Positions 1 to 6,515 of a DNA stretch of 25,539 nt are shown here, piece by piece (position 1 is the first letter of the stretch; each line of letters opens with the position of its first letter). Source of the stretch: a virus (Duplodnaviria > Caudoviricetes); the IMG/VR virus record IMGVR_UViG_3300048576_000501, positions 1-25,539 of that record. One strand, 5' to 3'. The notes under the pieces are model-generated. The model did no database searches. It had not been told where the DNA came from and saw only the letters and a list, made by a program, of their open reading frames with translations. Both the position numbers and the translations under genes were made by a program.

Positions 1-687
1 GATCGGGTCAACCGTACGGGGGTTGTTTGTTCCGGTGCCGGCCGGCCCCACCCCGAAACTACCATCGGGGGGAAGTTGCAAAAACAACTTGAATCATCCC
101 CACAAATTAGAGGATGTTGCGAGCGTGGCGGGATGGCCGTCGCCAGGGGCGCACACGCATGGGGACTTGACACCACCACAAGCGTTAAATCGTATCAAGA
201 CAAAAATAGAGAATCCGAAAACGGGGAGCCAAATCAACCTACAGGACATCGCGCAGATAGTGGGTTGGGGAACGCCCACACGTCAATGTGCGAATGGAGC
301 ATGGAGGCCAGAACGTTACGAGAAACACAAAACCACGGGACACGAACCGAGCAACCTTTGCAGGGATGCAGAATTGGCCGGATGGGTTACGCCATCCAGC
401 CGGGATTGGAAGGATACACCGGGAATGAATACGACCGGAACCAATCCGGACGGAACGACGCGCAACCGGTTAGACCAGCTACCGCGGCATGCCGCGGTAG
501 CTGGTCTAACTTCGTCCTCATCCCATGCGGAGACGGAAAAACGAGGCGTCTTAAACCCGGACTTAGCCCGCTGGTTAATGGGGTATCCGGACGCGTGGGC
601 AAATTGCGCGGATATGGTAACGCCATCGTCCCGCAAGTCGCGGCAGAATTCATCAAAGCATTTATGAGCATTGAAGGTGAATCTTGA
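1..687 (+). CDS. C5 cytosine DNA methyltransferase, C-terminal part (5'-truncated by window; alpha-type polypeptide)
   Basis: The frame of ORF 76..687 is open from base 1 and ends in RVGKLRGYGNAIVPQVAAEFI, the C5-MTase motif X (GNAI/V). Confidence 0.8.
   Translation, partial: DRVNRTGVVCSGAGRPHPETTIGGKLQKQLESSPQIRGCCERGGMAVARGAHAWGLDTTTSVKSYQDKNRESENGEPNQPTGHRADSGLGNAHTSMCEWSMEARTLRETQNHGTRTEQPLQGCRIGRMGYAIQPGLEGYTGNEYDRNQSGRNDAQPVRPATAACRGSWSNFVLIPCGDGKTRRLKPGLSPLVNGVSGRVGKLRGYGNAIVPQVAAEFIKAFMSIEGES
2..667 (+). CDS. Overlapping alternative-frame polypeptide carrying C5-MTase motif IX (beta-type subunit); start uncertain
   Basis: The frame is open from base 2, with repeated GW(P/G/V)(S/T)P units and LNPDLARWLMGYPDAW, which resembles motif IX (R-L-M-G-F/Y-P-x-x-W). 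Confidence 0.65.
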   Translation: MGSTVRGLFVPVPAGPTPKLPSGGSCKNNLNHPHKLEDVASVAGWPSPGAHTHGDLTPPQALNRIKTKIENPKTGSQINLQDIAQIVGWGTPTRQCANGAWRPERYEKHKTTGHEPSNLCRDAELAGWVTPSSRDWKDTPGMNTTGTNPDGTTRNRLDQLPRHAAVAGLTSSSSHAETEKRGVLNPDLARWLMGYPDAWANCADMVTPSSRKSRQNSSKHL

Positions 688-2615
688 TTGACACCGCCCG
701 CCATTACATCCAATTGGGTTGGCGCATAGTTCCTATCCCGCCGCGCCAAAAACGGCCGGCCGTACTCGACTGGCCCAACCGCGTTTTTGCCGCCGAGGAT
801 ATCGACCCCGCGGGGAATATCGGTGTAATGCTTGGGGATGCGTCAGGAATTGTCGATATCGACCTAGACGACTTCGAGGCCGTCCGACTCGCCCCGCATT
901 ACCTACCCGAGACGCCGGCAGTGTTCGGCCGGCCAGGTAAGCGGCGAAGCCACTGGATTTACCGCGTATCAAATCCGCAGCCTACCCGCCGCCATCAATT
1001 CCCCGACCGCCGCGCAATCGTAGAATATCGCTCCACCGGCGCCCAAACCGTATTCCCGCCATCGACTCACCCCACCGGGGAGGTAATCGCTTGGGATGGA
1101 GAGCCGCAACCGGCCGAGGTTGATGGCGCCGCCCTCGCCGAAGCCGTGGAAGAGCTTGCCCAGGCCGTACGGGACGCCGCCCAGCCCGCCGCCGCGGGTA
1201 ACTTGACCTTTGACGCGTACGCAGTCCGAGAACGCCCGGAAACCGACGCCAAGGCCCGTTGCATGGCCTACCTGGAAAAGCTTCCAGACGCAATCAGCGG
1301 ACAGGGAGGACACAACGCCACATTTCAAGCCGCGGCCGAATGCTTCCGTTTCGGATTATCCTCCCAGGAAGCTTGGGAGGTAATGAAGTGGTTCAACGCC
1401 CTCAAATGTAAGCCAGAATGGAACGACCGCGAACTATCCCACAAAATCAAAAGCGCCGCCGCCGCGGTATCGAAGGACGGGGAAACCGGCCGGCGACTAA
1501 CCGAGGACGCCGCCGACCCGTGGTATGTCCCCACCGAACCCGAACAACCTAAACCCGCATTCCGCCTCATCAGCCTTTACGACTTGGACGAAGAAAACCC
1601 GCCAGAATCGCAAGTATTGATCGATGGTGCCGTACGATTGGGAGACGTTGCCACCCTTGTAGCACCATCCAAAAGTAAAAAATCATGGTTGGTTGGGAAC
1701 CTTGTGGCAGCCGCCATATCGGGAGGGGAATGGTTAGGCCGCAAGGTTACGTCGTGCCGTTCGCTGCTTATCGACGGTGAATTGAGGGACTCCACACTAC
1801 GCAAGCGTTTCGTGAAGATTTTCGAGGCTTGGGGAATCGACCGCGAACTCTGGAAGGACATTACTTTCGCACCGTTGCGAGGAAATACCGACGCCATTGA
1901 AGACGCCAAAAAGGTAATACGCGAGAACCCCGGACGGTGGGGAATCATCGTCGTAGATCCACTGTACACCTTTTACCCAAAATCTGAGAAGGGAAAGCCG
2001 CCATTTAGCGAGAACGACAACGCGGCAATGCGAAGAATTTTCGATGAATTGATTCAACTGGGAACGGCCAGCAACGCTGCCGTATTCGTTGTACATCATT
2101 CAACCAAGGGGTCGCAGAACGAAAAATCAATTGCGGACATGGGTGCCGGTGCCGGTGCCATCGCCCGAAGCGTTGACGCCCACTTGGTAATGTTGAAACA
2201 TCAGGAAAAGGATTGCTTCGTTTTCGACGGTACCGTGCGCGACTTCCCCGACCTGGAGCCGAAGGTATGGAAATGGGAATACCCGCTATTCGTACCGACA
2301 GAACTTGACCCGGCCGACATTGTTGGAGCTAAAAAGCCTAAGCACAAAGACGCCACCACATGGCCAGATTTCACGAAGCCCGACCCGGTTAAAGAATTCT
2401 GCTTGCACTGTATCACGCCGGTGCCGGTGCCCTTCTATGTCATTCAGGGCAGAGCGAAGGAATGCGGAATATCCCGCGATCGCGCCAAAGAATTCTTAAA
2501 GTGTGGGATTGCAGATGGGTTGATTTTGGAGCATCAGGCCGAGGGTAGGGGACAGGGAATTAAGTACAGCAACACGGCCCATAGTACGCAAAATTCACTT
2601 ATTTCCTCCGGTTGA
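684..2615 (+). CDS. Bifunctional primase/polymerase (Prim-Pol) fused to a RepA/AAA_25-type helicase
   Basis: N-terminal GWRIVPIPPRQKRP...NIGV...VDIDLD...H motif, variant Walker A APSKSKKS, Walker B IIVVDP and VVHHSTKG. The TTG start overlaps the upstream TGA. Confidence 0.88.
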   Translation: MIDTARHYIQLGWRIVPIPPRQKRPAVLDWPNRVFAAEDIDPAGNIGVMLGDASGIVDIDLDDFEAVRLAPHYLPETPAVFGRPGKRRSHWIYRVSNPQPTRRHQFPDRRAIVEYRSTGAQTVFPPSTHPTGEVIAWDGEPQPAEVDGAALAEAVEELAQAVRDAAQPAAAGNLTFDAYAVRERPETDAKARCMAYLEKLPDAISGQGGHNATFQAAAECFRFGLSSQEAWEVMKWFNALKCKPEWNDRELSHKIKSAAAAVSKDGETGRRLTEDAADPWYVPTEPEQPKPAFRLISLYDLDEENPPESQVLIDGAVRLGDVATLVAPSKSKKSWLVGNLVAAAISGGEWLGRKVTSCRSLLIDGELRDSTLRKRFVKIFEAWGIDRELWKDITFAPLRGNTDAIEDAKKVIRENPGRWGIIVVDPLYTFYPKSEKGKPPFSENDNAAMRRIFDELIQLGTASNAAVFVVHHSTKGSQNEKSIADMGAGAGAIARSVDAHLVMLKHQEKDCFVFDGTVRDFPDLEPKVWKWEYPLFVPTELDPADIVGAKKPKHKDATTWPDFTKPDPVKEFCLHCITPVPVPFYVIQGRAKECGISRDRAKEFLKCGIADGLILEHQAEGRGQGIKYSNTAHSTQNSLISSG

Positions 2616-2795
2616 TACGTATTTCTTCCGGAGATTTCAGGAAGAAATAATCGTTCATAAGTCCTTTATTTACAATAACTTATGAAACGCACTATTTCTT
2701 CCTGAATTCCTTCTTTTTCTCTCCCTTAGGGGAGAAAAAAGAAGAATTCTGGGGGAATAGTGCTTTTCAGTTCAGGAAGAAATTTTTCCGGAAAT
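2601..2795. repeat. Iteron-like repeats and long inverted repeats; candidate replication origin and/or bidirectional terminator
   Basis: ATTTCTTCCTGAA at 2694-2706, its reverse complement at 2636-2648 and 2771-2783, and variants at 2601 and 2621. Inverted repeat TTCATAAGT/ACTTATGAA (2654-2686), long imperfect hairpin 2689-2763, AT-rich. Confidence 0.6.
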
Positions 2796-2957
2796 ATGCC
2801 CTGGGTCTGCTTTAGAAAGGAACTCATTTAAGGCCTTTTCGACAACCCAACTGTATTCCCTACCCTCGCGATCAGCCCAATCATGAAGCCATTCTATCGT
2901 ACTGGTTTTCAGGACGAAATTGCATGATTTTGAGTCTTTTTCTACTTTTTTTGCCAC
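2772..2957 (-). CDS. Ribbon-helix-helix (CopG/Arc-like) transcriptional regulator
   Basis: 61 aa with an alternating beta-strand (SCNFVL) followed by two helices (IEWLHDWADREGREYSWVVEKALNEFL). It has its own promoter. Confidence 0.7.
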   Translation of the reverse strand: MAKKVEKDSKSCNFVLKTSTIEWLHDWADREGREYSWVVEKALNEFLSKADPGHISGKISS

Positions 2958-2963
2958 GACTTA

Positions 2964-2992
2964 AACCTACACCATGAAACCACTTACGTCAA
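2964..2992 (-). promoter_or_regulatory. Sigma70-type promoter for the RHH gene, probably leaderless
   Basis: Minus strand TTGACG (2992-2987), 17-bp spacer, TAGGTT (2969-2964). The predicted +1 falls at the GTG start (2957). Confidence 0.6.
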
Positions 2993-3026
2993 CATATGAT
3001 AAGGGTTTGTGTTGATTTGTGTGTTT

Positions 3027-3059
3027 TTATGTTGACAGATCAACATAACCGCCGATAAT
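3027..3059 (+). promoter_or_regulatory. Rightward sigma70-type promoter overlapped by a palindromic operator
   Basis: TTGACA 3032-3037, 16 bp, GATAAT 3054-3059. Perfect inverted repeat TTATGTTGA-N4-TCAACATAA at 3027-3048. Confidence 0.65.
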
Positions 3060-3124
3060 ACTCTCGTTCAGCCAAGTCTACACGGCTTTAGACCTATAAC
3101 AAAAACTTACATCCGTGCGCACGG

Positions 3125-3262
3125 ATGAACGAGTGCGACGGAGCATCCTGGAGGAATTCAAGGAACGTAAACTATTGTCGGAAATTGGTTAGGATTCTGT
3201 TAGGGTATGCATCCGTGCGCACAAACACGGCCTGCGCGCCCATTTACGGAGGCTCACTATGA
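3125..3262 (+). CDS. Possible 45-aa leader/small ORF
   Basis: ATG at 3125, reading MNECDG...GGSL to a TGA that overlaps the next ATG (ATGA). No clear SD and no recognisable domain. Confidence 0.25.
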   Translation: MNECDGASWRNSRNVNYCRKLVRILLGYASVRTNTACAPIYGGSL

Positions 3263-3717
3263 AAATCCTTGCTCTCGACCCAGCGACTAAATGCGGATGG
3301 GCGCACTCGTGCGGACAATCGGGTACGTGGGACCTGTCGGTACGGCGCGACGAATCCGGAGGAATGCGACTAATACGACTACGAGGAAAGCTGGACGAAA
3401 TCAAAAACACTGTCGGTGTTGATGTTGTGGCCTACGAAGCCGCGCGACATGCCGCACCTGGAATGCAAGGCGCCCTCGTATGTCAGGCTGAAATACAGGG
3501 AGTAATTAAGATTTGGTGCGAGGAAAACGGAGTGCAATACCGCGGGTACTCGCCATCGGAAATAAAAAGGCATGCGACCGGAAAAGGTAACGCGAACAAG
3601 ACGGATATGAAGCACGCAGCCATATCAAAATTCGGAATCGAATCCGTTGGCCAAGCTGACGACAACGAAATTGATGCCCGATGGATTTTGAGCCTTTTCG
3701 TTTCCGAAAACAGTTAA
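3259..3717 (+). CDS. RuvC-like Holliday junction resolvase
   Basis: ILALDPATKCGWA, VAYE, ATGKGNANK, DNEIDA motifs; GGAGG SD. Confidence 0.88.
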   Translation: MKILALDPATKCGWAHSCGQSGTWDLSVRRDESGGMRLIRLRGKLDEIKNTVGVDVVAYEAARHAAPGMQGALVCQAEIQGVIKIWCEENGVQYRGYSPSEIKRHATGKGNANKTDMKHAAISKFGIESVGQADDNEIDARWILSLFVSENS

Positions 3718-3737
3718 TTCCGTGACATTAACAATGT
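3702..3737 (+). promoter_or_regulatory. Candidate phage sigma-dependent promoter, copy 1
   Basis: TTCCGAAAA-N11-GTGACAT-N2-ACAATGT, the same blocks and spacing as 9895-9930. Confidence 0.6.
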
Positions 3738-3788
3738 GAGAAAACACCAATAAATTTCTGGCAGGGAATCTTTTGGAAGGGAATTCAA

Positions 3789-4472
3789 ATGAAAGCTTCT
3801 ACGTTGACGATTGACGAAACACGCATGATCGCTTCCGCTCTGGAATCATTGCCGGCAGAAATCCGCGATGATTTCAGAGGGGTTGCATTTCTTAAAATAG
3901 TCGAGCTTCGCGAGTCGCCTAAATCGAACGCCGAAAAACTCAAATCTCTTACCGTACACCTGTGGAACGAAGCGGCACCAATTCTCTCTGGCCATGTGAA
4001 GCGCCGGCCGCCACACATCAAAACGTCGCTACTCTCCCAGGTTCCGCAAGCCGAAATCGACGGCATGGAAAATTCATCGGCCAATCACGGTTCAGCGGAT
4101 ATCGAAATTAAAGACATCCTTGATACATTGCCGGCACGTCTACGTCATATCGCGAGAATGCTTATGGATGGTTCGTCTCGCGCTGAAATTGCGGCAGAAT
4201 CGTCAATATCAGAAAGACGCGTCGGCCAATTGGTTGCAGAATTGCAGCAAATCCTATCAAGCCACTTCAACGCGACACGCCAATCAATTAGCCCTAGAAC
4301 CAATTGCGATGAGTCAAAGCTGAACTTTTGCACCCATCCGGGTTGCATTGCATTTGCTGCGGAGGGTGACACGAAATGCGCATCGCATACCTCGCCGGAA
4401 AACACAAATCACCTTCCCTCTCAGAACTCCAAATCAAACAGCACAGGTCAAACGCTCGCAATCGCCGCGTAA
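3789..4472 (+). CDS. ECF-like sigma factor / late transcription activator with a C-terminal Cys/His extension
   Basis: Region-2-like IRDDFRGVAFLKIVE and region-4 HTH LDTLPARLRHIARMLMDGSSRAEIAAESSISERRV. It lies immediately before the packaging module. Confidence 0.7.
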   Translation: MKASTLTIDETRMIASALESLPAEIRDDFRGVAFLKIVELRESPKSNAEKLKSLTVHLWNEAAPILSGHVKRRPPHIKTSLLSQVPQAEIDGMENSSANHGSADIEIKDILDTLPARLRHIARMLMDGSSRAEIAAESSISERRVGQLVAELQQILSSHFNATRQSISPRTNCDESKLNFCTHPGCIAFAAEGDTKCASHTSPENTNHLPSQNSKSNSTGQTLAIAA

Positions 4473-4681
4473 TTGAGCAGTACAGAAAAACGCACCCACT
4501 TTGCCAACGCTGCCTATCACTAAATCACACCACGCCAACAGCAGAAATACACCACATTCGCCAGGTATCGGACGGGGGAAAGACAGAGGAATCGAATCTA
4601 TTGGCAGTATGCGAACCGTGTCATATCGCAATCAAACACATGCCAGTAGTAGAGCAAATGGAATTCAAGAGGTTCAATTAA
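4376..4681 (+). CDS. HNH endonuclease (terminase-associated, HK97 gp74-like)
   Basis: HPLCQRC...EIHHI...GG...NLLAVCEPCH; GGAGGG SD upstream of ATG 4376. Confidence 0.88.
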   Translation: MRIAYLAGKHKSPSLSELQIKQHRSNARNRRVIEQYRKTHPLCQRCLSLNHTTPTAEIHHIRQVSDGGKTEESNLLAVCEPCHIAIKHMPVVEQMEFKRFN

Positions 4682-4696
4682 CGAAAGGTACCTACC

Positions 4697-4927
4697 ATGC
4701 CCAAAGACTCCAATGGTGTCGAATTCAATCCAGCCATCCACGAAACAAACAAACACACTGGCCAACAAACACTCACTAAGGCCGGCGCATACAGGATGAA
4801 GCGAGGACGTAAGGCCGCGACAACTACTATCGCCGCCAACACCTCCACCGCTTCCACATCGCCGGCGCCCAAAGCCCCGCCCTGCACCTGCGCGCAATGC
4901 GTGGGCGATAACACGCCGGGGGATTAA
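4697..4927 (+). CDS. Hypothetical small basic phage protein
   Basis: SD-like AAAGGT, ATG start, basic RMKRGRK segment, C-terminal CxCxxC. Confidence 0.6.
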   Translation: MPKDSNGVEFNPAIHETNKHTGQQTLTKAGAYRMKRGRKAATTTIAANTSTASTSPAPKAPPCTCAQCVGDNTPGD

Positions 4928-4954
4928 GCAGGACGGGGAGCTCTCGCGAGGGCA

Positions 4955-5008
4955 GGCCGCGCCGTAATGGAAACGGTTAATTTGCGGGTTCGAGTCCCGC
5001 CGCGGCCT
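4955..5008 (+). ncRNA. tRNA-like element lacking the anticodon arm
   Basis: 7-bp stem GGCCGCG/CGCGGCC, D-like arm CCGT-AATGGAA-ACGG, 7-nt linker, canonical T arm GCGGG-TTCGAGT-CCCGC. Confidence 0.65.
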
Positions 5009-5022
5009 TTAAGGAAAAACGA

Positions 5023-5190
5023 ATGAGCATTAGACCAACAATCAAGCTACGACAACTAAGAGAGGCGATGCACCACGTATTTCGCCTCGATATGCCCTAC
5101 TCCTATACGGTAACGGAGTCTAAACAATTTACCGTAGAAATCGCCGCTACACCACATCGCCCATTGATGGCAGAATCAAGTTATGGTTAG
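5023..5190 (+). CDS. Hypothetical 55-aa protein (not in the ORF track)
   Basis: AAGGA SD, then ATG MSIRPTIKLRQLREAMHHVF...SSYG ending in TAG. Confidence 0.5.
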   Translation: MSIRPTIKLRQLREAMHHVFRLDMPYSYTVTESKQFTVEIAATPHRPLMAESSYG

Positions 5191-5260
5191 ACGTTGGGGG
5201 AAGGGCACCACCACACCAGACATCAACCATAATGAATATTCCGCATATGAATTTCACAAA

Positions 5261-5350
5261 TGGGGTATGGGTAAAAAATGTTGAAAACTCTACCCCAAAT
5301 GACCGCAACGCCACCATGTTGATTTTTCTCGCCCAATTGATGCCAGGGGT
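5261..5350. other. Candidate cos / terminase-binding region
   Basis: Between the HNH and terminase genes. G-run...GACCGCAACGCC...T-run layout as in cos phages, with inverted repeat TGGGGTA/TACCCCA (5261-5297). Confidence 0.4.
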
Positions 5351-5362
5351 CAAAATCAAGCG

Positions 5363-6067
5363 ATGCCGCCAAAAGCGAACAAACTTCTTGACGACTGGAC
5401 GGACGGCCTTGCGGTAATCGGTGCCGACCTTGAGCGAATAGACGAAGGTCCGGCCGAAGAGGATATCGAAGCCGAGCTAATGGAAATGGTTCACCTGTTG
5501 GACGATCCTCGATTTGAGGACGATGCCGGAATAGACCACATCTGCCGAGACGCCAGGAAGGTACAGGACGCCCGCGAACAGATCGGCCGTATACCCGACG
5601 CCTTCGAATGCTTCCACCTTCTTTGCCGCGGCACATATGCACTGTGGGATATGGTGCCAGCCATCCTGGAACTAGCCGCGCCAAACAAAATCACCACCCT
5701 GTACATCGCCACGCTAGGGTTTAGCAAACAGAATATTGCCGAGCTTTGCGAGTTAATCGACGCTGGCGCCATCGGCCACGTATCGTTGCTTTGCTCGCAT
5801 TACTTCAAGGGTACGAGCGGGGGAATATGTGAGACAGCCAAGGCGGAATTTGAGAAGCGTCCGAACGCTACGCGTTTTCTGTCCATTCGTACACATTGCA
5901 AGATTCTCGCAGTGCAATTAACAGACGGCCGCACTATCACGATTGAGTCATCGGCCAATCTCCGCAGTTGCAAGAACATCGAACAAATGACCCTCTTTGG
6001 CCATCCAGACGTTTTCGACTTTCACACCGCCTGGATGCGGGATCTATTTGGAAGGGGTTGCCAATGA
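5363..6067 (+). CDS. Phospholipase D-superfamily (HKD-like) putative nuclease with an acidic N-terminal extension
   Basis: LYIATLGFS, THCKILAV...IESSANL...NIEQ, matching the single HxK...SxNL PLD-nuclease pattern. Confidence 0.72.
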   Translation: MPPKANKLLDDWTDGLAVIGADLERIDEGPAEEDIEAELMEMVHLLDDPRFEDDAGIDHICRDARKVQDAREQIGRIPDAFECFHLLCRGTYALWDMVPAILELAAPNKITTLYIATLGFSKQNIAELCELIDAGAIGHVSLLCSHYFKGTSGGICETAKAEFEKRPNATRFLSIRTHCKILAVQLTDGRTITIESSANLRSCKNIEQMTLFGHPDVFDFHTAWMRDLFGRGCQ

Positions 6068-6498
6068 CGCCGGGACCGAAGCCAACGCCGACAGCGCTCC
6101 AGCCTGACCAGCAGGCAAAGGGAGAGCCAAAGCCGGCAACATCATTGCCAAGGGCTCCAGCCCAGTTGAAAGGCCGCGCCCTTATCGAATGGCGCCGAAT
6201 AGTCCCCGAGCTTTTCAAGCTGAAGCTTCTTACGCGTATCGACCGCGCCGAGCTTGCGTTCTATTGCATTACGTACGCCAGGTGGCAGGACGCCGAAGAC
6301 ACGGTAGCCAAACAGGGTACGCTTGTTAAAACCAAATCCGGCAATGTCATTCAACATCCGGCGCTAGGAGTGGCAAATACAGCCATGAAGCTTTGCCACC
6401 GCTTCGCCACCGAATTCGGATTCACGCCCAGCGCTAGAACGCGCATCAAGGTAGAGCAAGAGGGAGACGCGGACGACTATTTAGGGGTACCCGAATAA
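6064..6498 (+). CDS. terS: Terminase small subunit (P27 family)
   Basis: MTPGPKPTPTAL, EWRRIVPEL, QHPAL, EFGFTPSARTRI. Start reassigned to ATG 6064 (ATGA overlap with the PLD-like gene). Confidence 0.92.
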   Translation: MTPGPKPTPTALQPDQQAKGEPKPATSLPRAPAQLKGRALIEWRRIVPELFKLKLLTRIDRAELAFYCITYARWQDAEDTVAKQGTLVKTKSGNVIQHPALGVANTAMKLCHRFATEFGFTPSARTRIKVEQEGDADDYLGVPE

Positions 6499-6515
6499 CA
6501 GACTATCCGTACAAA

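Noticed and set aside
5968-6063. Longer N-terminus for terS given by the ORF track
   Set aside because: It overlaps the PLD-like gene. ATG 6064 gives the family-typical N-terminus and an ATGA coupling.
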